Assembly: GCF_036321535.1 (NCBI RefSeq)
Contig: NC_087437.1
Span: 57,228,001 to 57,292,000 of the forward strand
Length of the DNA stretch: 64,000 nucleotides
From: Camelus dromedarius
Lineage: Eukaryota
Direction: 5' to 3'
Numbering within the stretch: the first letter of the stretch is position 1; each line of letters begins with the position of its first letter. A model generated the notes under the pieces. It saw only the letters and a program-made list of their open reading frames with translations, was not told where the DNA came from and ran no database searches. Made by a program: the position numbers and the translations under genes. Shown one piece after another: positions 1 to 13,450 of the stretch.

Positions 1-473
1 CCGTCCATTTATTGATTCACAGCAACTCTTTGAAGTTTTCTTGATTCTCTGATTCTCACTTATTCTTAAGCAGTAGGATTTTCATCTTTGATTGTTTCCA
101 GCTGAGTCCTGGCTTCCTTTCCTGTATTAGAGAACAGCTGGTTGCCTATGGTAATCCCAGCAGTAAATGCCAAACTAAAGATGAGCTATAGAACACCATG
201 CTTGGAGAATAAGTTAGAGCCTCATTTTAAGAGTCAAAAGTGTTCCTGCAGTTGAAGATGGCAGTGATTACTATGCTAATTGCAATTTAGAATGGCTCTG
301 CTTTTTATCTGCTTGCTTTGTTTTCCTTAAAGTCAGACACCATTTAGATTTCTCCTTTATGCAATCTATTAAATCACTCAGAAATTATATAATCTACCAC
401 GAGTCTTATAAAGAGGGCATGCTGTCTGGTGAAAACAAACTCTTTCATCTAAGGGTCTCTCCAGGGAGTGCTC

Positions 474-513
474 TGCTGAGTCATCCAGGAGGCCCGTTAT
501 ACTCCTTACGCAA
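474..513. promoter_or_regulatory. candidate enhancer motifs: MARE/ARE plus C/EBP-type site
   Basis: TGCTGAGTCAT at 474-484 and TTACGCAA at 506-513 in apparently unique sequence; function not shown. Confidence 0.3.
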
Positions 514-789
514 ACTTGGGATAGGTACCGGCAGCATCAGAGCTTGCATTTTAGTAATGGCTTCATCATTTAGAAAGTCAAATTCACTTGATTAGCAAAT
601 TAAGTGGGAAGCTTCACTTTTAGCCTCATATAGGTTCCAATCATACAAACATATCTTACCTAACTTCTTTCTGCTAGGTAAATGAAGATACATTGTAGTA
701 TAGAGATAGACAAAAGGGAATAAATAATAAATAGTAAGAAACCTGCACATTTGTATAGCAATTTGCAGTTTACAGAGTACTTTCACAGA

Positions 790-1039
790 GTGTGGCTTAC
801 TGGAAAATGGGTAGAATTTGGATTCAGAGAAATCTGTATTTGATTAGAGGATCTGGAGTTTACTAGTGAAGTAGTAAAATTCCTTACTCTGTAAGCTTTG
901 GTGTTATTGCCTTTATAAAGAGGATCATGCATCTGTCTGTCTCGTCCACTGCTCAGCCTAATAGTGATAATTGACTGGGATTAAATAAGACATGGAAAGT
1001 AAAGCAGTGGCACACTCTGAGTACCCTTCTGAGGTTAAA
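790..1039 (+). mobile_element. MIR SINE, degraded
   Basis: MIR-like head (ggtagaatttggattcagagaaatctg) and tail (attaaataaga...gtaaagcagtggcacac), ending at a short tandem repeat. Confidence 0.55.
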
Positions 1040-1063
1040 CATCATCATCATCATCATCATCAT
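1040..1063. repeat. (CAT)8 microsatellite
   Basis: catcatcatcatcatcatcatcat read directly. Confidence 0.95.
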
Positions 1064-2739
1064 TTCTTTGAAACTACATAAGAGACTATAATTTCTCATG
1101 AAATAAAGATGGAAGTTAAAAATCATCACATATTTATGTAAGTAGGTGTTAAATATTCAACTAAATTTTTCATGCATTTTATTTTAAAGAGGCAATATTT
1201 AGAAAAAGTAAGAAAAAGAATCATCAGTAAGATTAGCATCTTGAAAAAATAAATTAGTTCAATGTGGGAAAAATGAAAACTTACCTTAAGAGTGCAAAAA
1301 GTGTACAAGAATCAAGGCCCTGAGTTGCAGGAAACATAAGACAGAGAACTAGAGAGAGAGTAGAGAGATAATTTTTCCTACACAAATATCTCTTGATGAG
1401 ATGAGGGAATAAGGTCTGGAAAAAGTCCTATCTCTAGCTGTCAAGATTTGTGAGGAAAAAGATTAGTAGCCTTTACTGTTTAGAGATTCTTACTGTCTAA
1501 GGCTGAATTAAATACTTTAAAATGTTAGGGACTGGGAACAAATAAAGAGGTGGAAAATGGTTGATTTATAAGACTATGAAAGAATTTTATATTGTTAAAA
1601 AATAGCCAAAATTTGGAAATAAGAAAAGACGATTGCATATCTTTTCATTGTAATACAAGAGCATTGTCTATCAGGCCTTCCTAAGATTTAAATTATCTAG
1701 GTGCCTGTCTCTTTGATTAGGGCCCAGATTCTGAGAACTTTACACAGTTTATATTTATTTTTTAATCAGGTAGAGATGCAAATGAATTTCATCCTTTAGA
1801 AAAGATAACTCCATATATTTTATTGCTCCATAGGACTCTAACTTAGCAAAATTATTCCAATTGAATTGCCCAACAGACTATATAAATGTCTGTTCTTCAA
1901 GTGTTCTTTGAATCATGGTATTAATTCCTCTATTCATGAATTAAACAATCTGCAATATGCATTACTGTAAATTTGTATGTATGTAACATTTTAAAGCTTT
2001 AAAAAATTACACTTTCACATTTTGTTTTACTTTTGTATTTAATATTATCTACATACTTTTTCCCAAACTGCAAGAACTTAACAACAAATTTGGCAAGTTT
2101 ATATTATTTTAATAGAAGCTGATCTGTACTTTGCATTTGTATAGAATTATTTTACCATTTTTTCACCCTAATCTTATTGAATTTCAAATTGATAAGCAGT
2201 TAGATTATTCTGATATTTAACTGAAAGAAGTGATACAGAATAGTTTTAAAATTTGGATGTTATTACATTTTAAACATCACAAAGGATGTCTGCATTAGAT
2301 AAGAAATAAGGATTTTTGACAAAATGGTGACCTAATGAAATCTACAGACTCCTGTCTCAAGTCCCAGCTCAGGAAATACTAAAGATTTAAAAGCAGTTGA
2401 GTATAAATTAATCTAATAAACTAATTTTTTAATTGGTAGAGATACCCTTGAATTGAAAGAAAGTTAGTTCTCAGTCAGTGCTGGAGGTGTGGTTAGCAGA
2501 AAGACTGAGGTGATTAAAAAGGTGTTAGGCAAGAGGGATCAAAGAAAAGTTAAAGCAAGCTAGGCTACTTTTTTTTTGGAGAAAATAAAGAGGTGGAAAT
2601 AGATATTGATAAATGTTTTAATTAAGGTTCTCCTAGGCTGTGTGTGTATTTCTCTTTCTCTAGTATGCCAATATCAATCTCTCTCTCTCATTCTCTGTCT
2701 CTCTCACCATTAAATGATGGGAGGAAGGAGAATATTCTA

Positions 2740-3130
2740 AAAGTAAAATTAGAGACAAAAGCGTAAAACTAATAAAAAAGAAAATATAGACAAATATCCT
2801 CATCAACTTAATATGAGAGGGAAAAGCATCTTAAAATCCCCAAAGTATAAACTGTAAGGCAAAAAAAGAAGGAATACTATCTCAAAATTAAGAGTGTTTT
2901 CTCATTATAGGACACCAGGAACAACTTAATAATCTGGGAAGAGAGATTTCCATCTGTAGGGCATTATGAAATAAGAGTCTAGAGTACTCAAAGTACTTCT
3001 TCAAATAAAGAAGAAAACAAGAATTTCATAAAAATAGGTAAACTGTTAAAGTGGTGTTTCTGTTCCACTAATATCCACAAAAAATAAAATTGAAACACCA
3101 ATAATAGCATTTTACACAAGTCACAGCATA
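2740..3130 (+). mobile_element. old L1M ORF2 3' fragment
   Basis: A-rich with degenerate L1 ORF2-end motifs (tatctcaaaattaagagtgttttctcat, ctgggaagagagatttcca). Confidence 0.45.
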
Positions 3131-3194
3131 GGGGAAAAAAAATCAGGTGGGGTGGGCTATGGAGAAAGATTAACACCAAATGTTTACAAAGACA

Positions 3195-3420
3195 AGTCTA
3201 TCAGTAATGGTTCAATCTGAGAAACAACTGTTAAGAGTGACATCAAATAATATACTTATTACAAGGATTTGACCTTACCCAATTACAGGAAATGGTTAAT
3301 CCGTCTATATGTACTCTACATGAGGCTGTAATGTCTGCATCTCTGCTGAGACTGAAGGGAAGGCAGTCTAGACGGAAGGATGGGTTTTTAATTTTAAGCA
3401 GGGAGATTCTCTTGAATCTA
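3195..3420 (-). mobile_element. ERVL-class LTR fragment (MLT2-like)
   Basis: ttattacaaggatttgaccttacccaattacagg...ggctgtaatgtctgcatctctgctg resembles the antisense of old ERVL LTRs. Confidence 0.45.
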
Positions 3421-4499
3421 TCCACATGCCTCTACCCCTGACTTCCTTGTCACCAATTATCCAGTCTTTTTCCTTCCAACTCTTTAACAGATGACCAGGC
3501 CATTGACCACTGTCCATAACCCTATATATGTAGTCTCACTTCAAGATGCTTTTCCTTCTACCCAAAGTAGAAGATTTACCACTTTCGCCCCTGCCCTTTT
3601 GGAGCCACCATCCATTTTTAACTTGCACTCAGGTACTGAGTTAAGCTGTCTGGAACTTCCTCCTCTTTCAGCTGCTCCTACCACATAGCTACTGACTCTG
3701 TGCGAGTCCTGCTGCTATTTATGGTTTGCTCACACCTATTTTCATTCTAGGTTTCTGTGGGGTATTCTGACATCTAGATTGTTAATGATGGTGTCATGGA
3801 TTTTTTTTTTTTTTTATTTTACTATACTATTTGTACTTCTTGACTCTCAGGAGAAATTTAGCAAATTTAAAAACTACACTGATAGTGTAATCACATTGTT
3901 ATTTTCTTTTTATTTTGCAGAATCCATAAAAAAAAGAGAAGGAAATGATTGGTGCTCATTTGGTTTATAGTTACATTGAAGGCAATTGTATAAGTGATGG
4001 TTTTATAAGGCTAGATAGTTTTAGAAATGTTTATAACTTCTATGAATTGTTATGGAGCTTGAGTGTCTCTATTTCTCTATTGAAAATGTATAACGTATAT
4101 ACCTAGTATTTCTTCCTAACTACTGAAGTGATCAAATATAAGTACCTATCAAAAGAAAATTCTTCAGTTAGTACTTTAGACAAGAGGGAAATTTATTGCT
4201 GAAATTTTCAGTTTACTGATTTAGGCACTTTGAGAAAATTTACATATATCTAATATCATTTTATAAAACGATGGCATATTAAGTGAAATTCAGGAGTGAA
4301 TAGAAAGACATTACTTTCCAAATGTCAATATTTCACCTAGCTCTGTCACTGACTTTTTAAATCAAAAAAAGATATACAGGTCCATTTGAAATTTCGTTAA
4401 GAACTCTCTGTATTCTTATAAGATGAATGTTATAGATATTTCTACCGGGAACCATTTATTTTTGAATCATGTCACTTAGAATAAGTTTCATGGAAATCC

Positions 4500-5280
4500 T
4501 TCTATTCATTTATCTACTCAGTCATGCATTCATTCCATAAAATGTATACAAGCGAAGAGGAACTGGGAAAGCAGAGGTAGGGAGAGTGTAGTCTCTTTTT
4601 TCAAGGAGTTCAGTTTAGGGATGAAATTATATAAACAATAAATAATTGAAAGCAATGTGTTAACTACTCTGCTGTCAAGAAATGCTTTCTAACTAATTCT
4701 CCTAATTCATCTCCTACTCCTTTCTATTAACTTACTATCTCTGACATACTAACCTCCATACTAACTAACATGCTGATTTGTTCAAGCATGCTCTCATCTC
4801 AGGGACCTTCCACAAACATTTGGCCATAAACACGTAGAAGTTAGGAAAGAAGTATGGGCTGGTAATAGAGATTTGGCAAAAAGGGAAAATACCGAATAAA
4901 TAAGATGTTATGTAGAGAAATAAGTATATACTGTATAGAATTAAAATAGGTGTATACTAAAGTTATGCTTAAGGATTCCAAAAATAAAATCAAGAGGAGT
5001 TAGTTGAGAAAACTAAGAAAAACCTGAAAGCTAATTAGGAGAAAGTGTTGGAAATCAAGGAGAAAGAACTGATGGTCAAGTATAAATGTAAATGCTAGAA
5101 ACCAACATTGAAAAGTGTCAACTTGATTTGGCAAGAAGGAAATTACAGATGACTTTCAGGCAAAATTACAGAAGCGGAGTTCATTTTGCATGAGTGGAAA
5201 AATGAATAGGATAGGAGGAAATGAAAACACAGCATACGGTTTTCCTTTTAGCGGCCTGGCTGTGAGCAGAGACAGAAAAA
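4500..5280 (-). mobile_element. L2 LINE fragments
   Basis: attcatt...cattcattc antisense L2 tail; gatttggcaagaaggaaattacagatgacttt typical of antisense L2. Confidence 0.55.
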
Positions 5281-5297
5281 ACAAGGCAATAACAAAT

Positions 5298-5610
5298 GCT
5301 GACTTTCCATGAAGGTAATGAGCTTAAGCTCAGGGACTGTCACTTGCTTGGGTCCTGTGACTGCAGGGCATTTCTGAGAGGTATGGAATACTCTGTGCCA
5401 GCTGCAAAATGGAAGCATTTCCATATAAACACTTCTGATAAATTTCCAAGATCTCTGAAGAAAAGACCTGAATAGTCTTGTCCTTGTTCATTTGTGGAAA
5501 TTTATGTTTTTCATAATAATAATATTTATAATTTCCTGGGGTTTTTTTCCGTTAAAGAGGCACATACTGTAATAAGTTTCAAAACTCACAAAATCTAGAT
5601 CCATCCAGCA
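5298..5610. mobile_element. hAT-Tip100 (Zaphod-like) non-autonomous DNA transposon
   Basis: Left end gaaggtaatgagcttaagctcagggactgtcacttgc and right end taagtttcaaaactcacaaaatctagatccatccag resemble recalled Zaphod termini. Confidence 0.55.
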
Positions 5611-5696
5611 CTGGTAAATAACAGGAAAGAGTTTTCCTGGAGGAGTTTTTTTAGAGTGGTAGAATTGTGACCATATTTGCAAATTAAAAAGGACTA

Positions 5697-5794
5697 GATG
5701 CACCACAATGTTCATAGCAACATTATTTACAATTTCCAAGACAAGGAAACAACCTATGTGTCCATCAGCAGATGAATGGATAAGGAATTTATGG

Positions 5795-5834
<40 letters not shown>

Positions 5835-6208
5835 GGAATTCTACTCAGCCATAAAAATGAATGAAATCTGGCACTTGCAACAACATGGGCATTATGCTAA
5901 GTGAAATAAGTCAGACAGAAAAAAATACTACATGATATCACTTATATGTGGAATCTAAAAAATACAACAAACTAGTGAATATAACATAAAAGAAGCAGAC
6001 TCACAGATATAGAGAACAAACTAGTGGTTACCAGTGGGGAGGTGGGGGAAGAGAAACATAGGGACGGGAGAGTGAGGGGTACAAACCATTGGGTGTGAGA
6101 TAGGCTCAAGGATGTATTGCACAACACAGACAATATAGCCAATATTTTGTAATAATTATAAATGGAAAGTAACCTTTAAAATTGTATAAAAATTAAAAAA
6201 ATAAAAAA
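5697..6208 (+). mobile_element. 5'-truncated L1 (ORF2 end plus 3'UTR, cetartiodactyl-type)
   Basis: aatgttcatagcaacattatttacaat, gatgaatggataag, tcacttatatgtggaatctaaaa, gcagactcacagatatagagaacaaactagtggttacc, A-rich tail. Confidence 0.9.
5799..5832. repeat. (CA)17 microsatellite inside the L1
   Basis: Perfect CA run read directly. Confidence 0.95.
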
Positions 6209-6404
6209 TTATTTCCAAATGTCACCATTATAAAGTTACATATTGAATACGAGTTTAGAAAAATAACTAGAAAGTTGGAAATAGTTGAAGACTCAAAAGA
6301 AGAGGAAGTGGCGGAACCTGAATATTTAAGAAGCAAGAGGAAATGGAATTTAGAATAAAAACAATAATTCATGTTTGACAACAAAAAGATACTCCATTTC
6401 CTCT

Positions 6405-6887
6405 TGACAAAGATTCTTTCCTTGACAGAACTTTAGTTAATCTCCTTAACCTTCACCTAGACCCATCTGTGCAATTACTCATAAAATACAGTTTTAGCAA
6501 GAACCCTGCTAGGTAAATTTAATCAAAACCCTCCGTTTTCAATATCTGATCACTTATAGTATCTGATGGGATTTCTCATCCTCTACCATCTCCTAGTGAT
6601 GTCTAATCACCCTGACCTGTCTTTTGTGAAGAATTCTGTTAGGTCAGTTTCGATAGAATCTTGCTTCCCCTGATGTGTCCTCTTAGTAATTTTCCAACCA
6701 CTGACCCCTAACCTGCTCCTTGGTAACAAATTGCCCCTTGCCCATGTTGTATTTGGAGTTGAGTCCAATCTCTCCCCCTGAGTAAAGTTCCATTGCAGTG
6801 GTTCCTGTACCTATCATGATGGTCCTGAATGAAGAATTCTGTCTTACCATCTTTAAAAAGTGCTATTGACTATTTCTTGCTTTAACA
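6405..6887 (+). mobile_element. MER31 (probably MER31B) solo LTR, ERV1
   Basis: Starts tgacaaagattc and ends ctttaaca; internal cagttttagcaagaaccctgctag and cctcttagtaattttcca; 4-bp flanks ctct/ttct are TSD-like. Confidence 0.85.
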
Positions 6888-7377
6888 TTCTAAATATCAG
6901 TAAAAGGGAATAGGGAATTGTTAAGGGGAAAATGGTAATGGAATGAGAGCGGGTAGGGAGAAGAGATTAAGAAAGAATGTAAATTGAGAAAATTAGGGCT
7001 AAAAATATATATTAAAGATCCTTCAATCTACTTTTGATCTTTTTAGAAGATGAAACTTCAACTCAGAATTAGACCCAGAAAACCAAAACCATTGTTAACA
7101 ACATATGCCCTGGAGTTACCATCTCTGTGACAATGCAAATAAAGAAATGATGTTTGTAGAACATGAAAAATTCAGAATTTATTAACATTAATAGCGAAGA
7201 ACCAGAAAGGCATTATGGGAGAATATCTTTGTTAGGATTAGTAATTGTGACTGTGCCACTCACTTCATTTTTTCCCAAGTGTTTACAACTGCCTAATTAA
7301 TCAGACACCATTTCAACAACAGTTTGAGGTAGAGTTATGTTATTCACAGATGTACAGGCTGATGAAACTCTCTGCAG

Positions 7378-7790
7378 TTGTGGTGTAGTGGGAAGAACAC
7401 TGGACACTTGGAATCCCAGATCAGCTGCATAACTGTGTGTGCAGTGAATATGTCTTTTTCTAAATGTTTCTGCATTTTAGACATTAAATGATTAAATCCA
7501 CCAAGTGATTATGTTCACCTCAAACAATATTAACCAATCATTTATTACTTACATTGTAAGAACAATGAGTGATAGCTTTTAAATAAAGAAGTTAAAACAT
7601 CCAGAAAAAAAGAAACAAGCCACTTAAAGTATATCAAAAAGTCCTATGGCAGGAGTCAACAGACCTAAAATCTGTCTCTAACACCTCATGTCATAGTGGG
7701 CTTTGGCAAATCAAGAAAACATTTTAAGCTTTCATTTCCTAATTTTAAGTGTTTAGTAATAACTGCCTGGCTTAACCCTTAGTAATCAAA
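7378..7790 (+). mobile_element. two MIR fragments
   Basis: gtggtgtagtgggaagaacactgg head; ggagtcaacagacct...tttggcaaatca...tttcatttcctaatttt core. Confidence 0.55.
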
Positions 7791-8009
7791 AATGACATTA
7801 AATCATTATTATGTATAGTTGCATTAGAAGTTTGATTGTTGAGTGTATTATTTGGGTTTAATTTGAGAAGCATTGTCTATGAAAGTCCTTGCTGGAGCTC
7901 ACATCCAGTTCTGAACAATAGTAGTGATTATTGTCTATTCCATTAATTCTACATCAAGTTAGTCTTGAATTGGCTGTCATATGTCCTTCACATATTCTGT
8001 TTATTTTGC

Positions 8010-8110
8010 TGCGCTCTGAGCAAATTGAGGACAGGACCTTGTTTGATTTATTTCTTTTAATTTTCTCCTGTTTATATAGGCATATAGTATAAGTTCAAAA
8101 AATGTAGGGA
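8010..8110 (+). mobile_element. L2 3' end
   Basis: tgagcaaattgaggacaggaccttgttt...ggcatatagtataagttcaaaaaatgt. Confidence 0.5.
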
Positions 8111-9344
8111 TTTTTGGTCATGATGATGAACAGGGATAGAAAAATGTTGCATTGGGCCTAATAGTTGCATTTGCAATTGCAACTGCAACTGCAATAGTGA
8201 TTTTTTTTTTCAAAGTTGAAATATATGTGGGGAGGTTATAGTACCCTCCTCCATTTATCCATTTGTTCAAGCATATTAATAGGTGATATAGCCAATCCTG
8301 CAATTTGGGAGAGTAGAAATAATAAGACACAGCCTAGAACTGATAAATCGATTTGCATATTTTTCTTAACATAAAGATGATATGTGTATGTCAGAAATAA
8401 GAGATGTCAGCAGACATGTATCTGTCAGAAGATACTACAAATGTCAGAAAGGATGAAAGACACTAGAAAAAAGAGACTCAATTTCCAGATTCTGGATATA
8501 ATGTTTTAAGCTGAGAGGGACAGAGAATGGTAGATTGAACTCTGTCTTACTCTCTTAAGGATCAGTGACGTTGAAACCTAGAAAAGGGCAATTAAGTTTG
8601 TGGTGATGGTGCATGCTAGGCATGAAAGTAGTGATAATGCATGTGATCTATGAGGATTCAGAATATGTGAAGAAGGACATATGATGGCCCAATCAAGACC
8701 AACTTGATATAGAACTGATGGAATCCACAGTAATCACTACTATTGTTCAGAACTGCATGTGAGCTCTTGCAGGGACTGTCATAGACTGTGCTTCTCACAT
8801 TAAGCCCAAATAATACACTCAACAATCTAATTTCTAACACAACTGTCTATAAAGTAGGCAGTACATGTCATAAAGAATTTTTTTAAATAGTGGAAAATAA
8901 TTAAAAGCTGAGTCATGGAGAGTTTTCACATTCTACTAGAGAAATCTTTAAATTGTAGGTATTAGAGAGCCAGTTCTGATTTTTGATTCAGTGTAGGATA
9001 TGATATTATTCAACAGCCTCCATTGTCTAAAGAGGAAGCTTATGAGAACGAGTGTTCTATTCCGACACAGCACAATTTGTCTTGTTTTTCCAAATTCTTC
9101 CATATATAAGATGCACAGAAGCTAAATTAAAAAAAGAATAGTGAAGGAATAAGAAAGAGGGAACTAAAACTTAACACATTGACTCATTGTTCATTTCTTT
9201 AACAAGTTTTTGTTTGTGTTTTTTGTTTGTGTTTTTCTTTGTTTTGTTTTTTTTTTTTAAGTTCTGATGTTCTCTGACATTTCTATCCCAAATACTATGC
9301 TTTGCTGTTCAGCCATCAAATAATCTGTCCTCCGAGACCTGTAT

Positions 9345-9812
9345 TAGAAGCTTTCGGTGGTCCTATTCTCATCCTCTGGAAAGCAATTCTGTCCTGGCAG
9401 TATTCCACAACAAGTGCATCTTTACTTTCTGCCCTTCAGCCATCTCTTGGAGCTCATCCTGGGAGTGAAAGTGGAGCACTGAAGTGGGGAGACTTAAAAC
9501 TGCCCAGGGCATCCCTTGGCCCATTGTGGATAGGAGTCAAGGAATAAGTACTCCTACCTCGTATCATTTGGCATTCAGGCAGACAATTCTGGGATACATT
9601 TGTACTTCCTTCAAAAGGTCTATGGAGACACAAACCCCCGTTGCCCAGAATAGTGATCTTAACACTAAATCTTTATTTCCTTTTTTTTTTTTTTTCATTT
9701 CCTGCCCTACTTTCCTAGGAATCCCACTCTGGTTCTCTGGGACAATTTTGAAAATAAATAATCCATCACAAGTTCTCTCAGTCTCTGCTTTGTTGGACAA
9801 CCAAGCTAGAAG
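9345..9812 (+). mobile_element. LTR16-family solo LTR (ERVL)
   Basis: ggcagacaattctgggatacatt; 3' end ctgggacaatt...aaataaataa...ctcagtctctgctttgttggacaaccaagcta resembles the LTR16 end. Confidence 0.7.
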
Positions 9813-9829
9813 GGGATCTTTGAAAATGT

Positions 9830-10350
9830 AATTATGATTTCTGCCTTCCTCAAAGCCTTCAATGGTTCATTGTTTCTTAGGGGATACAATCCAGGCTTCC
9901 CAGTGTGAGGTATATAAAGTCTTTGATGGCATAGCAGTCTTATCTATTCCTCTGTCAAAGCTGATCCTCAGAGACTACTGCCTTGGAATACTGAATTGCT
10001 AGCAGGTGACTCATTATGTCATGATTATTTAAGCATCCACTCTTCGCAATTGTTTTTTACTACTCCTAAGATATTTTCTCCTACCCTGTGGAAAACTCAT
10101 ACTCACCCTCTTTTGTTCAGCTTTCCTTTATCTTTCAGACACAATATCTCACTTATTCCTTTGTGTCTCCAGGGAATTCTGTTGCACGTACCATTGGTGA
10201 TCTTTGTTTAATGCACTTGTGTATGTGTTTGTTTCTGTTTGTCCCCTATATTTTGCTTAGCTACTGGACACTGACTTTACTCCATTTTTAATTTCCACGC
10301 AGAGTCTGATTCATAAAATGCAGTCATAAACATGTATTGTATGATTGGGT
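9830..10350 (+). mobile_element. L2 3' region
   Basis: ctcaaagccttcaatggttcattg...cttagggatacaatccaggcttcc typical of L2. Confidence 0.55.
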
Positions 10351-11304
10351 AATGGTTAATCAATGAGTTTCACTCACTTTTCTGTTTAGTGAATCAAAGT
10401 ACTACTTTCTATTGATGTGACAAATTCCAATTTCAAACTTTCCAAGTAGACCTCTGGACAGATGTCTCCTTCAGTAAATCCTGAGAATGCAGTCATCCTG
10501 GATGATTGCAGATTATGGACACATAATTCTGGAATGTATGGGATTTCATTGTTTATATAATTAAAAGCAAATTGTACATGCCAGTTAATAAGTGCTGTAT
10601 GAGTCTGCAATACAGCTTTTTGAATAAAGGAAAGTGGAGTGGTCTCTTAAGGGAATTTTCTTTAGCATTGGAGTAAACATAATTAAAAATTAACTGATTA
10701 ATGACACTGATGCAATCTTCATTTATTATTTGAATTTGTATTATAATAGAGATGTTACCCATACGTAGAATAATTTGAGCACATTAATTTCAAATTCACA
10801 AGATTATTGTTTCTTATAAAAGGAGATGAAGTGATAGACACTGTTGGAGAAAAAATATTCCCTTGAGCTTCAGGGAGTTATTCTAATCTGAGGGGGGTTT
10901 TTTTCCCCCTTTTTATTAAGAGAAGAATATCTTAAGGACAGAATGGCACTAATTTCACTGATTTAAGTAACATGTGGCAGACATGGATGCCGATTAGTGA
11001 GTGGTAAGTGGAAGTGGAGACAATTGTGAGTCACATCTAAGAATTCACTAACCTTTGTAAATCACTCTCATATTAAGACATAAGCTAATCAGATAAGTAA
11101 AAAAAATAGAAAATTCCATTTCAGTTTGAGTTTCAATCATAGAATTATCCCCAGGAAGATGTTAGTATCTTTAAAAATCAGATATTCTAAAATTACCGTC
11201 TTTCAACTGCAAATGGGCTTATTAGTTTGTCCACTTTAAAATAACCTGTATAATTAAAACTTTTATAACAGTAGGAAAATTCTTACTATAAACTAAAATT
11301 GCTA

Positions 11305-11535
11305 AATTTTGTTTATAATAGCACTATTAGTAATAGTCTGAAATGGAAAAAAAGTTAAATGTTCTTCAATATTAGAATACCATTTAAGAATAAAAGAAAT
11401 GAACTTCTGCTAAAGCAACAACACAGATTAACGTCATAGGCATTGTATTGCATAAAGGAAGGCAGACGTATCAGAGCATGAATTGTATGATTCTATTTAT
11501 TTACTTCTCAATAGCAGGTAGAAATAATCTGTGAA
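11305..11535 (+). mobile_element. L1ME/L1MC 3' fragment
   Basis: tttataatagcactattagtaatag, aatgaacttctgctaaagcaacaac, tgtatgattctatttat. Confidence 0.6.
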
Positions 11536-11721
11536 TATATATACAAATAATATTAATTTGAAAGTACTTTTAAAAAAATTGAATAGAAAGTGTCATTTGT
11601 TTTTCATATAAACTAAAATATTCCTGAACTTATCTATTTAATACATGTTCAGAGTACTTTTTATGAATTGCTGTGAGAGATGAAAAGATGAATTTCATTT
11701 AAAAAATCATATGTAAAGGAT

Positions 11722-12650
11722 ATATTTTATTGGAATATAACACAAATGCAGAAAAATACATAAATCATTTGATGAGTTTTCATGAGAGTAACAGACCCAT
11801 GTGACCACCAGCTAGACCAGGAAACAGTATTGCTTGCATCCCAGTAGCCACCTTATGCTCCCTCCCAGTTACATCCTCAGACAGCAACTGACTTCTGATT
11901 TCTGCCTCCACAGAGTCTCTGTATCTCTAGTTGTATGTCCAGTTGTCTAAAACTCATTTTTTATTATTATCACAGCTTTTTATCATCTGTTAAGATGGCC
12001 ATATGATTTTCTGTGTTTTGAAAGGAAATGTAATGATTCATATTTATAATTTAGCATTCTTTGCACTAAATATTATTTTGTAGTGATGTATTACTTTTGT
12101 ATACACTGCTGAATACTATTTTATATTATTTTGCAACTAATTTGTTTTTGTATTTATGTTCAAGAGAAATTAGCCTAAGTTTATTTTTTTTTCCCCCTTG
12201 CAAAGCCCTTGTCAGGGTTTAGTATCAAGGTTATACTGACCTCATAAAATGAAATAGGAAGTGTGTTCAGTCTTTTTCTATTCTTTAGAAGTGATTTTTA
12301 AATTATTTATATTATTACTTCCTTAAATATTCAGAAGAACTCATCAATGAATCCATATGAGGTTGACATTTTCTTTTGGGGAGAGATTTGAAATATATAA
12401 TAAATTAGATGACTAGCCAGATTTTCTAACTTTGCTTGTTTCAGTTATAGTACAGTAATTGCTTTGTTAATATTTATCTATTTATTTACTTCTTTTTACT
12501 TCAACTTATAGTGATTTCAATTTAACAGTCTTCCTTTTTAATTTCACTTTTTTCTGGTTGTATGCTCTTTCCTTCTTATTTTCTTATGGTGTCTTTGTAT
12601 TGATACCGTGCCAGGTTTTTCCTCCTGAAGAATGGGTTGGATTTTTTTCG
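11722..12650 (-). mobile_element. L1ME fragments (3'UTR and ORF2), antisense
   Basis: ttttattggaatataacaca...cccatgtgaccacc; gggtttagtatcaaggttatactgacctcataaaatga. Confidence 0.65.
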
Positions 12651-12929
12651 CATCAGGTATTTACATGAAGTTTCCGTAAGTAGTAGTGGAGCCAGAACAG
12701 TCTTTTGACAAATATGGCTCCCATATATATTAATTTTGTCCAGATCTACCTTGTCTGCTTCTGTGACACAAGCTGGCCCAGGGATATTTTAAAAATCAAT
12801 TTCATTCACCCCAGTACCAACATCAGTTAACAAAGGATTTAATTTTTAGGCTTATCTATGAAATACCCATCTTATGGAAGTTTTAAATTTAATTTAGTTT
12901 TGTTTTGTACTTTCTGAAATATTCTGACT

Positions 12930-13450
12930 TTGCAGCCTCTCAACCCTTACCCATTCTCCCTTCATTACCTCTTTGAATAGTTTTAGTTATCTCAAATTCA
13001 TTTTAGTCAAATCTAAAACCAATTTAATTGTCTTTCCCCCTAAAAGAACTCCCAATTCAAACTCTATTCTGTCATTCTGATTATGAAACTTTGAATTATC
13101 TCTATCTCCTATATCTCCCCTTAATTTTAGCTAACAATGTATATTAATTTTTTTTCTTATTACTCCTCTGTTTTTTCCATTTTTATTGCCACCATCCTAG
13201 AGTAGACACTATAACTTTATTCTCCAAAAAGTCATTCTCAACCCTCTAATTCATCTTAAAAATATCATCAAACAAATTTTCCCCAAACAGAATTGTTCAG
13301 GAAATCTATCAATTGTACACTGGAAAAAAATTCCAGTCTGAAATATTAATGACTCTCTATATTCTGACTCCAAATAATCTCTTCAATTTTATTTTACACT
13401 GGTTCTTTCATAACCCATACACTCACAGTTTCAATAGTGGTTTCTCAAAA
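12930..13450 (+). mobile_element. L2 fragment
   Basis: atctcaaattcatt...tctaaaaccaatttaattgtctttccccc; attgccaccatcctagag. Confidence 0.5.

Noticed and set aside
8164..8196. (TTGCAA/CTGCAA)n hexamer run as a C/EBP array
   Set aside because: Short simple repeat with no supporting context
10386..10610. Minus-strand ORF with a protein-like stretch (SGFTEGDICPEVYLESLKLE)
   Set aside because: No recognisable homology and no convincing donor; cannot be supported as an exon
10891..10914. AGGGGG...CCCCCT stem followed by a T-run, resembling a bacterial intrinsic terminator
   Set aside because: Mammalian context, low-complexity homopolymers, no associated gene
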